This document shows, piece by piece, positions 1 through 8,140 of a stretch of DNA of 64,000 nt (the first letter of the stretch is position 1; each line of letters opens with the position of its first letter). Under the pieces are notes generated by a model. The model was not told the origin of the DNA and searched no databases. It saw only the letters and a program-made list of their open reading frames with translations. This DNA comes from Anaerolineales bacterium (GTDB lineage Bacteria; Chloroflexota; Anaerolineae; Anaerolineales; UBA11579). A program made the position numbers and the translations under genes. Location of the stretch: assembly GCA_019637755.1 (NCBI GenBank), contig JAHBVC010000001.1:770480-834479 (forward strand), in the 5' to 3' direction.

Positions 1-1276
1 GGTAGCGGCGCGGGTAGCGCTTGAGCTCCACGCCATCCAGCAGGATGCGCCCGCTGGTGTAATCGTAAAAGCGCGGCAGCAGGCTGACCAGGCTGGATTT
101 GCCCGACCCGGTGGAGCCCAACAGTGCCACGGTTTGGCCGGGCTGCACGCGGAAACTCACGCCGCTCAGCACCGGTTGGCCTGGCTCGTATTCAAAGCCC
201 ACATTGTCGAAGACGATCTCGCCGCGCGGCCGCGCCTCAGGCTGGTAATCGCCCTCATCCAACGGCTCGCGATCCTCTTTGATGATGCCGGCCAGGCGGT
301 CAAACGACACCAGGCCCTGGCTCATCTGTACGATCACGCGGCCCAGGTTGCGGATGGGCCACAGCAGCCAGACCAGCACGCTGACGTAGGCAATGTAATC
401 GCCCAGCGTCAAAATGCCCTCGATCGTCATCTGTGCGCCAAGGTAAAAGCCAAATAGCATCTGCGCGCCGGTGATGATGTCAGAGATCGGCCAGAAGACC
501 GAGTGCCAGACCAACAGCTTGCGGCCCAACAGGTATTTGCTCCAGTTCTCTTTCTCAAACTTGTCGATCTCATAGTGCTGGCGGGCAAAGGCCTTCACCA
601 CACGCACACCGCTGAGGTTCTCCTGCAGCACGGCCGAGAGCACCCCATCCTGATTTTGGAAGGCTTCATAGGCCTGCGAGATGCGCCCAAAGAAGTAGAT
701 CGACATGCCCACCGTAATCGGCACGCACAGGATCGAAAGCCAGGCCAGGCGCGTGTTGATGTACAGCAGCAACGCAAAGTTCACCACAAACAGGCTGACG
801 ATGCGCCCAAACTGGATGGTTTCCTGGGCGATAAAGCGCCGCACCGCATCCACATCTGAGGTGACCTTTTGGATCAGCTCACCGGTCTTGGTGCGATCGT
901 GAAAGCCAAAGCTCAGGCGCTGCAACTGATCATACAAAAAGTTGCGGATGCGCTGGGCCACATGCTCACCCGTGCGCCCAGACAGCGTGCCGCTGACATA
1001 GGTAAAGAAGCCCTGCACCAAAGCCAGGCCCAGAAAGCCCAAGGCCACCAGGGGCACCTGGCGCTCAAAGCCGGGCTTGCCGAGCACATCATCTACAAAG
1101 TAGGCCAAAAGTAAGTACACGCCAGAGCGGCCAATGGCTGAGATCGCCAGGCTGACCACCGCAACGGCGTAGGCCCCATAATTGCCTTGCAACAGGCCAA
1201 TCACGCCCTGGAGGCGCTTCTGGCTGACCACTTGCTTGAGGTCTAACGAATTGTCGGGATTAACTTGTGTAACCAC
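1..1276 (-). CDS. ABC exporter, fused permease/ATPase (type I exporter, MsbA-like); C-terminus lies beyond the window edge
   Basis: Missing from the ORF track because it is open at position 1. Reverse-strand translation from GTG (complement of 1274-1276) reads VVTQVNPDNSLDLKQVVSQKRLQG. A hydrophobic exporter domain follows (..FHDRTKTGELIQKVTSDVDAVRRF..), then IVFDNVGFEYEPGQPVLSGVSFRVQPGQTVALLGSTGSGKSSLVSLL (Walker A). The + strand ORFs 134-1114 are R/H/Q-rich shadows. Confidence 0.85.
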   Translation of the reverse strand, partial: MVTQVNPDNSLDLKQVVSQKRLQGVIGLLQGNYGAYAVAVVSLAISAIGRSGVYLLLAYFVDDVLGKPGFERQVPLVALGFLGLALVQGFFTYVSGTLSGRTGEHVAQRIRNFLYDQLQRLSFGFHDRTKTGELIQKVTSDVDAVRRFIAQETIQFGRIVSLFVVNFALLLYINTRLAWLSILCVPITVGMSIYFFGRISQAYEAFQNQDGVLSAVLQENLSGVRVVKAFARQHYEIDKFEKENWSKYLLGRKLLVWHSVFWPISDIITGAQMLFGFYLGAQMTIEGILTLGDYIAYVSVLVWLLWPIRNLGRVIVQMSQGLVSFDRLAGIIKEDREPLDEGDYQPEARPRGEIVFDNVGFEYEPGQPVLSGVSFRVQPGQTVALLGSTGSGKSSLVSLLPRFYDYTSGRILLDGVELKRYPRRY

Positions 1277-1488
1277 GCATATAGCTCCTGATGCAGCGAG
1301 TCACGAAAACTGCATCCGTGTATAGGATGAACGAAAACAACTATCGAATGGATAGGGTTAGGTGGGGGCGAGCCGCAGCCAGAAGCCGCCAAGTGGCAGA
1401 GCCACCGGCAGAACCAACGCTGACAAGTCTATACCAAACAAAAGGTTTCGTCAAATTCTTCATGCGATACAATCCATTTTGAGCCCCT

Positions 1489-3069
1489 ATGAACCGAAAA
1501 CTCAGCCACTTTGCCCGCTCCACCCTGCTGATCGCCGCCTTTTTTGGGGTGGATAAGCTGCTGGCCTTCGTGCGCCAGTTGATCGTCAACAACCAGTTTG
1601 GCCTCTCGTATGAACTGGATGTGTTCAATGCGGCCAACAACATTCCTGATCTGCTCTCGGCGCTGATCAGCGGCGGCGCCTTGGGCGTGGCGCTGATCCC
1701 CGTGCTGGCCGAATACCTGGAAACCCGCGGCCGCTCTGGCGCCTGGGAGCTGTTTGTACGTATCCTCAACCTGGCATTTTTGGTCACCGCCGGCCTGGCG
1801 GTCGTCATCGCCCTGCTGGCGCCCTGGCTGATCGATATGCTGATCGCACCGGGCTTTCCCGCCGAGCAAAAGACCCTGGCGGTCGAGCTGATGCGGCTTG
1901 ACCTGATCGCCATCATTATTTTTTCGATCAGTGGGCTGGCCATGGCCGGCTTGCAGGCCAATAAGCATTTCCTGCTGCCCGCGTTGGCGCCTGGCCTGTA
2001 CAACATCGGGCAGATCATCGGCGCCCTGATCCTGGCGCCCAGCAGCTCCTTCCATGTTGGCGGGCTGGCCTTGCCGCATTTCAACATGGGCATTCACGGC
2101 TTGGTATGGGGCGTGATCCTGGGAGCGCTGCTACACCTGGGCATTCAGGTGCCCGGCTTGCTGCGCTACGGCTTTCGCTGGCGCCCCATCGTGGGGTTGC
2201 GCAACGAGGGTGTGCGCAAGGTGCTGGTGCTGATGGCGCCGCGCGTACTGACCATGCTGTTCATCCATGTCTATTTCGTCGCCCGCGACAACCTGGCCTC
2301 TGGCCTGGCCGAAGGCTCGATCACCGCGCTCAACCTGGGCTGGTTTATCATGCAGGTGCCAGAAACGCTGATCGGCAGCGCGCTGGCGATCGCCCTGCTG
2401 CCCAGTATCGCCGAGCTGTTTTCGCGTGGCGATAAGGCGGGCTTCACCCACACGGTCAACGGCGCAGTGCGCACCATCTTGGCCCTCACCCTTCCGGCGG
2501 CGCTGCTGCTGGGCATCGGCCTGCGCCCGCTGCTGCAGCGCGCCTTTCCGGTCTACACCCCGGCCGAGCTTGATCTGATCGTATGGATCACGCGCCTCTA
2601 CCTGGCGGGGATCAGCGGCCACGCCCTGCTGGAGATTGGCTCACGAGCCTTCTACGCCCAACAAGAAGCACGCACGCCGATGTGGGCCGCGGGGATCAAC
2701 TCGCTCGTCTTCGTGGGTTTGGCCGCGCTGCTCACCGGGCGCATGGGCGCCGGCGGCATTGCGCTGGCGGGCACGGTCGCCTTCACGCTTGAAGCGCTGG
2801 TGCTGCTGTGGCTACTGGCACGGCAGTACCCCGGCCTGGGCGAGACGCGCAGCACGCTGCTGCGCACCGCAGCCGGCAGCCTGCTGGGCGCCGCCGCGCT
2901 ATATGCGGTGATGCAATGGGCGCCGCTGCCCGGCTTCCTGGCGGCGCTGGCAGGGATGCTGCTGGGCATGCTGCTGGCGTTGGCGGTACTGTGGCCGGAT
3001 CTCAAGCTATTCGCCCAGCTCGCCAGCAGCACAGACACGAAGAAGCCACAGATAAACACAGATGCCTAA
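1489..3069 (+). CDS. murJ: lipid II flippase MurJ (MviN family)
   Basis: 526-aa polytopic membrane protein. The N-terminus STLLIAAFFGVDKLLAFVRQLIVNNQFGLSYELDVFNAANNIPDLLSALISGGALGVALIPVL is the typical MurJ/MOP signature. Confidence 0.88.
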   Translation: MNRKLSHFARSTLLIAAFFGVDKLLAFVRQLIVNNQFGLSYELDVFNAANNIPDLLSALISGGALGVALIPVLAEYLETRGRSGAWELFVRILNLAFLVTAGLAVVIALLAPWLIDMLIAPGFPAEQKTLAVELMRLDLIAIIIFSISGLAMAGLQANKHFLLPALAPGLYNIGQIIGALILAPSSSFHVGGLALPHFNMGIHGLVWGVILGALLHLGIQVPGLLRYGFRWRPIVGLRNEGVRKVLVLMAPRVLTMLFIHVYFVARDNLASGLAEGSITALNLGWFIMQVPETLIGSALAIALLPSIAELFSRGDKAGFTHTVNGAVRTILALTLPAALLLGIGLRPLLQRAFPVYTPAELDLIVWITRLYLAGISGHALLEIGSRAFYAQQEARTPMWAAGINSLVFVGLAALLTGRMGAGGIALAGTVAFTLEALVLLWLLARQYPGLGETRSTLLRTAAGSLLGAAALYAVMQWAPLPGFLAALAGMLLGMLLALAVLWPDLKLFAQLASSTDTKKPQINTDA

Positions 3070-3227
3070 CTGCTGATAAAAGCAGATTTCTTATCCTATT
3101 TATCCCTTAAATATCTGTGTGCATCAGTGGAGATTGGGTGTGCTTTGGATTCACCCCGCTTGCATAACTGCAAGAAAATGTCTAGCAGCAGGATACAAAG
3201 AAGAAACCACATACTATCCAAACAATC

Positions 3228-3304
3228 GTCATTGCGAGTGCAGCGAAGCAATCTGCTTTTTTTAAAACCAGATTGCCACGCTCGCTGCACTCGCTCGCAA
3301 TGAC
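3228..3304. repeat. REP-like imperfect hairpin element (arms gtcattgcgag..gcaatctg / cagattgc..ctcgcaatgac)
   Basis: The left arm 3228-3255 pairs with the longer right arm 3269-3304 around an A/T loop. It lies between convergent murJ and the ABC-F gene. Translation in any frame gives CFAALAMT / LLRCTRND-type peptides (ORFs 3096-3290 and 3182-3523). A related copy is at 33326-33369. Confidence 0.6.
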
Positions 3305-3311
3305 GGGTTGA

Positions 3312-4997
3312 CTACAATTCCAGCTTGGCTTTGGCCGCCTGGTAATCGCTATAGCCGCCCGGATATTCCACCAGCTTGCCATCTTCCAGCTCAACGATGC
3401 GCGTGGCCACCCGATCCAGAAAATAGCGATCATGTGAGATGGCCAGTACGCTGCCGCCAAACTCGGCCAGCGCGTCTTCGAGTACTTCGGCCGAGCGAAT
3501 GTCCAGATTGTTGGTAGGCTCATCCAGCAGCAGAAAATTGGCCCCGCTGAGCATGATCAGGATGAGCTGCAAGCGGCTGCGCTCGCCGCCCGAAAGCGTG
3601 CCCACCGGGTTGTTCATACGCTGGTAGTCATACACGAACTTATCCAGCAGCTTGACCGCGTTGGCCTCCGAGAGGTTGGCGGCGCGCCGCACCGTCTCCA
3701 TCAGGCTCATCGAATGGTCGAGCACTTCGTGCTCCTGTGCGTAGTAACCGGTCTGGATGCTGGGGCCGAGCTTGATCTCGCCGGCATCTTGAGCCTCGCG
3801 GCCCAGCAGCAAACGAAACAGCACCGATTTGCCCGCCCCGTTCGGCCCCACCAGCCCCACGCGCTCGCCATGCCACAGGGTCAGGTCCAAGCCTTGCAGC
3901 ACCTGGTTCCAGCCCCCCGGGCCATCAAAGCCCTTGGCGATGGCGTTAAGCTCCAACACTTTGTTGCTGCCGCGCCAGCCTTTGAGCTGCAAGTTCATTG
4001 CACGTGGATCCGCCTTGGGCTTCTCCACCTTCTCCATCTTCTCGATGCGCTTCATCATCGATTTGGCGCGGCGGATGAGCTTCTCGTTGTCGTGCGAGCG
4101 CCCCCAAATCAACATACGCTTGGCCGATTGCTCCAGGCGGCCGATCTCGTTCTGCTGCACTTTGAACTGGCGCTGCTGTTCCAGCAGCTTGGCCTCTTTG
4201 AGGGCCACATATTCCGAGTAGTTACCTTCGTAGACCGTTACCTTGCCATCGCGCAGCTCGGCAATTTCATCGGCCACCACGTCGAGCATAAAGCGATCAT
4301 GCGAGATCAACACCACGCCGCCGGGATAGCTGCGGATGTATTGCTCCAAAAATTCCTTGCCGGCCATATCCAGGTGATTATCCGGCTCATCCAAGAGCAA
4401 AATATCCGGCCGGGTCACCAGCAGCTTGGTGAGGCCGAGCAATTTCTTCTGGCCGCCGCTCAGATTGCTGACCGGCAGGTCAAGCTCGTGCTCGGCAAAG
4501 CCCAGGCTCAGCAAGGTGGCACGCACCTGGCCGGCATAGCCGGGACCACCGATGCGCGTGTGCTCCTCGAGCAGTTGGGCATGCTCTTCCAGCTTGCGGC
4601 TCAGGCGCTTCTCGTCACCATACACCTCCGGCTGGCCGAGTTGCTCCTCCACCAGGGCCAGCGAGCGCTCCAGCGCGAACAGGCGCGTGTGTGCGGTCAG
4701 CGCTTCCTGCAGCAGGGTGTGCTGCGGGTCGAAACGCGGCTCCTGCGGCAGGTAGCCAATGCTCAGCTTGCCGCGCATGTTGGCATAGCCCGTCTCGGTG
4801 GTCAGCTCTCCGGCGATCAGGCGTAACAGGGTACTTTTACCGCTGCCATTGATGCCGATCAGGCCCACACAGCGATCTTTGTGGATCTCCCACGAGAGGT
4901 TGCTAAAGACCGGCTCGGCATTGTAGGTAACCGTCACCTGGTCAAGACTGAAACCGATTATGGCTGCCTCCGCGTGCCGGCCTGGCCGCCGATCCAC
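3312..4997 (-). CDS. ABC-F family ATPase (two ABC cassettes, no membrane domain)
   Basis: Cassette 1: GINGSGKSTLL, LSGGQKKLLGL and LLLDEPDNHLD. A charged linker follows (LEQQRQFKVQQNEIGRLEQSAKRM). Cassette 2: GPNGAGKSVLF, LSGGERSRLQL and LLLDEPTNNLD. The start is uncertain because the ATG at 4997 overlaps the DUF4260 gene by 40 nt (see findings). Confidence 0.9.
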   Translation of the reverse strand: MDRRPGRHAEAAIIGFSLDQVTVTYNAEPVFSNLSWEIHKDRCVGLIGINGSGKSTLLRLIAGELTTETGYANMRGKLSIGYLPQEPRFDPQHTLLQEALTAHTRLFALERSLALVEEQLGQPEVYGDEKRLSRKLEEHAQLLEEHTRIGGPGYAGQVRATLLSLGFAEHELDLPVSNLSGGQKKLLGLTKLLVTRPDILLLDEPDNHLDMAGKEFLEQYIRSYPGGVVLISHDRFMLDVVADEIAELRDGKVTVYEGNYSEYVALKEAKLLEQQRQFKVQQNEIGRLEQSAKRMLIWGRSHDNEKLIRRAKSMMKRIEKMEKVEKPKADPRAMNLQLKGWRGSNKVLELNAIAKGFDGPGGWNQVLQGLDLTLWHGERVGLVGPNGAGKSVLFRLLLGREAQDAGEIKLGPSIQTGYYAQEHEVLDHSMSLMETVRRAANLSEANAVKLLDKFVYDYQRMNNPVGTLSGGERSRLQLILIMLSGANFLLLDEPTNNLDIRSAEVLEDALAEFGGSVLAISHDRYFLDRVATRIVELEDGKLVEYPGGYSDYQAAKAKLEL

Positions 4998-5332
4998 CCC
5001 AGGTGCGTATTTTGAAAGGAATCCGGATACTTGAGCCCGTACCCCAGCACGCGATCCAGGCTGGCATGCCCAAACAGGATCAGCCCGGCCAGGCGCAGCG
5101 GCAGCGAGTCCAGCGGCACACTCAGCATCAACAGCAACACGGCCAGCGCACGATGATGGAACAGGTTATAGGCAAAAGCGCCGATGCGCGGCCCGGCCAG
5201 GTAGGCGATCGCCGAAAGATCCGGCACGAAAAGTAAGGCGCCAAACCACCACCACGGCAAACCCATGCCAGCATAGACGAACAGCATCAATGCAAAAAGT
5301 GCCGCTTCTTCAAGTTTAAGTAGGTATCGCAT
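4958..5332 (-). CDS. DUF4260-like small membrane protein
   Basis: 124 aa with hydrophobic helices. MRYLLKLEEAALFALMLFVYAGMGLPWWWFGALLFVPDLSAIAYLAGPRIGAFAYNLFHHRA resembles the DUF4260 family. Confidence 0.7.
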   Translation of the reverse strand: MRYLLKLEEAALFALMLFVYAGMGLPWWWFGALLFVPDLSAIAYLAGPRIGAFAYNLFHHRALAVLLLMLSVPLDSLPLRLAGLILFGHASLDRVLGYGLKYPDSFQNTHLGWIGGQAGTRRQP

Positions 5333-5372
5333 GGCAACCTCAGCGGGGGATTATATCTGGCCTATGCGCTGC

Positions 5373-5402
5373 AAAAAAAGAGAGGCGCCGTAGCGCCTCT
5401 CT
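5373..5402 (-). terminator. Rho-independent terminator ending the BMP-type ABC importer operon
   Basis: Stem gagaggcgc/gcgcctctc with loop cgta. The A-run 5373-5379 on the + strand is a U-run after the hairpin on the - strand, just downstream of the permease stop at 5426. Confidence 0.7.
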
Positions 5403-5425
5403 TCGTTTCGAGTGCAAGGCAGCGG

Positions 5426-6694
5426 CTATTCTTTGTCGTACGGTTTGCCGTCGGCGGCGGGCGCCTGGCTGCGGCCAACCACGCCGGCCAGCACCACCAT
5501 GGTGGCGATGTAGGGAGCCATCAGCATAAATTCGGACGGAATGCGCACCCCCAAAATGGCCAGACGTGAGGCGAGCATATCGGCAAAGCCAAACAGCAGC
5601 CCGGCGCCAAACGCGCCGAACGGGTTCCAGTTGCCGAAGATCATCGCCGCCAGGCCAATGAACCCGCGCCCGGCGGTCATCACTTCGTCAAAGCGCCCCA
5701 CCGAGCCGAGCGTGAAGTAGGCACCGGCGAAACCTGCCATCAAGCCGCCCAGCAATACCGCCATGTAGCGCGTGCGAATCACATTGATGCCCAGCGTGTC
5801 TGCCGCCTTGGGGTGCTCACCCACCGAGCGCATGCGCAAGCCCCAGCGCGTGTAAAACAGGGCAAATTGCAATACGAACAGGAAAATGAACATGGCGTAC
5901 ATGAACATGTTGTGCGTGAACAGGATCGGCCCAATGAAGGGGATCTTGGACAGCAGCGGAATTTCGATCGGCTTGAAGATCGCCGGGTTGTTCAGATCCT
6001 GATACTTTTGCAAGAACTTGGCCGAAATGAACGAGGTCATGCCGGTGGAGAAGATGTTGATCACCGTGCCGGAGACGATCTGATCGGTTTTGTATTTGAT
6101 GGAAAGCACGCCATGGATCAGGGCCAGGAAGGCGCCAGTGAGCATGCCAGCGGCCAGGCCGGCCCAGTTGTTGGCCAGGCTGCCCACCAGGGCGCCCATC
6201 ATGGCCCCGGCCAACATCATGCCTTCGATGGCGATGTTGACCACGCCGGCGCGCTCACACAGAATGCCCGAGAGGGCGCCCAGCGTGATCGGCACGGCGC
6301 GCTGCAAAGTAGTGCGCAGCAGCCCGGCCAGGTTGAGCGAAGCGCCGGCGGCCGCCCAGGAGAGGAAGGCGAACAGGAACAGGCCCACCACCAGGCCGAG
6401 CACCAGGTTGGTGCGCTTGCCGAACCCACGCGCCAACTGGAAGGCGCCAATCGCGGCGCTTACGCCGGCCAGCACATGCAGCGTGCCCAGGGTGTTGAAC
6501 ACCCAATCAGGCAATTGGGCCGTGGCACCGCCGGAGTTGAGCCCGAAGGTGGTCACCGTATCTGTATCCAGCCCGCTGCCAAAGAAAAACCAAATGATCG
6601 CCGCCAGCCCGAGGAAGATCAGGCCCATCACGATGCGGCGGGTGTTGGAGACATGCACTCCGCTTTTATTCATGGTTGCAGTTTGCGCCGTCAC
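5426..6694 (-). CDS. ABC importer permease (BMP/nucleoside-sugar type, branched-chain-permease fold, NupQ/YufQ-like)
   Basis: 422-aa polytopic protein with G/A/L-rich helices. It sits in an operon with a second permease, a duplicated ATPase and a Bmp-family binding protein. Confidence 0.88.
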   Translation of the reverse strand: MTAQTATMNKSGVHVSNTRRIVMGLIFLGLAAIIWFFFGSGLDTDTVTTFGLNSGGATAQLPDWVFNTLGTLHVLAGVSAAIGAFQLARGFGKRTNLVLGLVVGLFLFAFLSWAAAGASLNLAGLLRTTLQRAVPITLGALSGILCERAGVVNIAIEGMMLAGAMMGALVGSLANNWAGLAAGMLTGAFLALIHGVLSIKYKTDQIVSGTVINIFSTGMTSFISAKFLQKYQDLNNPAIFKPIEIPLLSKIPFIGPILFTHNMFMYAMFIFLFVLQFALFYTRWGLRMRSVGEHPKAADTLGINVIRTRYMAVLLGGLMAGFAGAYFTLGSVGRFDEVMTAGRGFIGLAAMIFGNWNPFGAFGAGLLFGFADMLASRLAILGVRIPSEFMLMAPYIATMVVLAGVVGRSQAPAADGKPYDKE

Positions 6695-6695
6695 G

Positions 6696-8132
6696 TTAAC
6701 CTCCCCAGCCGCGTACCCGCAGGCTCTGGTCAGCCTCGCTGGGTTGGCGTAGGCGATACACAGTGCGGATGATGGCCGGTGCCGCGATGAAGGCCAGAAT
6801 GATGGCCTGCATCACCGAAATAATATCGATGGGAATGCCTGCGAATAGCTGCATCTGGATGGCGCCATTGCGCAGAGTACCAAACAGCAGGGCTGCCAGC
6901 ACTACGCCCAGGGGGTGGCTCTTGCCGAGCAGCGCCAGGGCGATACTATCGAAGCCGTAGCCTGAGGAAAATGCGGCGGCCAGGTTGTAGTTGACGCCCA
7001 GCACCTCGTTGGCGCCTGCCAGTCCAGCCAGGCCCCCTGCCAGGCTCATGGCGGCGATGGTGACCCATACGATGTTCATACCAGCATAGCGCGCCGCATC
7101 CGGATTGGCGCCCACCGTGCGCAGATCGAAGCCCCAGCGGGTCTTGAACAGCAAGACCCACACAAGGTAGGCAACGCCCAGGGCGACAAAGAAGCCGAGA
7201 TGGAAGCGAATGGGGCTCTCAAACAAACGCGGCAGCTTAGCCGTATCGAGAATGAAGGGGCTGATCGGGTTGGATGAATCGGGGCGTTGCAATGGGCCAC
7301 GCAGCAAATAATCGCTCAGACGAAAAGCGATGTAGTTCATCATGATCGTGTTGATGACTTCATGCCCACCGGTCTTGGCCTTAAGCAAGCCGGGGATAAA
7401 GCCCCACAACGCGCCGCCCAGGGCACCAGCCACCAATGCGAGCGGCAGGTGAATATAGGCCGGCAGCCCAGTCACGCCAAAGCCGACCCACACCGCGGCA
7501 GCCGCGCCGATGAACAACTGCCCTTCGGCGCCGATGTTGAACAACCCGGCCCGGAAGCCGAGCGCTACAGAGAGGCCAGCAAAAATGTACGGTACTGACT
7601 TGGTGAGGCTCTCCAGCAGCGGGCGCAACGAGACCATCAGGGCCGCACCGTCGCCACTGAACAACGCCTGCAGCATGGCCTTGGGGCTGCCGATGGCGCC
7701 GCTGAACAGGGCGGCATATGAGCTCCAGGCCGCCTGCCAGCCGACCTTGATCGCTTCGATCGGGGAACTGGCCCAGGCGGTATACATCGCCTCAGTGGTC
7801 AGCGCCACGATCAGGCCGCCCAGCAGCAAGCCAGTGATGATCGCCAGGGCGGTCACCAGCCAGGACGATGCGCTGAGCTCCTGCAGGAAGATGGCAAAGC
7901 CACCTGGTTTGGGCTGCGGGCTGACCGCTGCCGGCGGGGTAGTTTGAGGGCGGCCGGGCGTCTGCTTGACGGCTTTGCCCTTGGCCGCCGCGGCTTGCTT
8001 GGCGGTCTTCTTCACCGCTTTGCCCTTGGCCGCCGCGGATTGCTTGGCGGTCTTCTTCACCGCTTTGCCTTTAGCCGCCGCGGTTTGCTTGGCCGTCTTC
8101 GAGGTACGCGTGGTTTTCTTCTTCTGTGCCAT
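6696..8132 (-). CDS. ABC importer permease (NupP/YufP-like) with a Lys/Ala-rich repeat N-terminal tail
   Basis: 478 aa. The polytopic core starts about residue 85, after the tail MAQKKKTTRTS(KTAKQxAAAKGKAVK)x3. The stop is 1 nt before the next permease start, and the start is 8 nt after the ATPase stop. Confidence 0.88.
   Translation of the reverse strand: MAQKKKTTRTSKTAKQTAAAKGKAVKKTAKQSAAAKGKAVKKTAKQAAAAKGKAVKQTPGRPQTTPPAAVSPQPKPGGFAIFLQELSASSWLVTALAIITGLLLGGLIVALTTEAMYTAWASSPIEAIKVGWQAAWSSYAALFSGAIGSPKAMLQALFSGDGAALMVSLRPLLESLTKSVPYIFAGLSVALGFRAGLFNIGAEGQLFIGAAAAVWVGFGVTGLPAYIHLPLALVAGALGGALWGFIPGLLKAKTGGHEVINTIMMNYIAFRLSDYLLRGPLQRPDSSNPISPFILDTAKLPRLFESPIRFHLGFFVALGVAYLVWVLLFKTRWGFDLRTVGANPDAARYAGMNIVWVTIAAMSLAGGLAGLAGANEVLGVNYNLAAAFSSGYGFDSIALALLGKSHPLGVVLAALLFGTLRNGAIQMQLFAGIPIDIISVMQAIILAFIAAPAIIRTVYRLRQPSEADQSLRVRGWGG
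7965..8099 (-). repeat. 3 x 45-bp in-frame tandem repeat (KTAKQ[TSA]AAAKGKAVK)
   Basis: Read directly from 7965-8099. Three near-identical 45-nt units differ at only a few positions. Confidence 0.9.
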
Positions 8133-8140
8133 GCCTGTGT

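Noticed and set aside
3096-3523. ORFs 3096-3290 (64 aa) and 3182-3523 (113 aa) in or over the murJ/ABC-F spacer.
   Set aside because: They are read through the REP-like hairpin (LLRCTRNDD / CFAALAMT peptides) and overlap the ABC-F 3' end. They lack an RBS, so they are best explained as repeat-derived artefacts.
3714-4826. 370-aa + strand ORF antisense to the ABC-F gene. Many similar long antisense ORFs exist, e.g. 5813-6772, 8474-9454, 14232-15266, 18778-19980, 23500-24540, 27403-28260, 35788-36993, 44274-45554, 52626-53732, 58621-59934, 61324-62172 and 63144-63917.
   Set aside because: Their composition (R/H/Q/G/A-rich, no recognisable motifs) is typical of shadow ORFs in high-GC DNA. In every case the opposite strand encodes a protein with clear family signatures.
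7965-8099. Tandem direct repeats that could be mistaken for a CRISPR array or VNTR locus. Similar short repeats occur at about 10750-10800 and 12850-12990.
   Set aside because: The units are contiguous with no spacers, in-frame, and lie inside well-supported CDSs. They encode low-complexity linkers or tails, and no cas genes are present.
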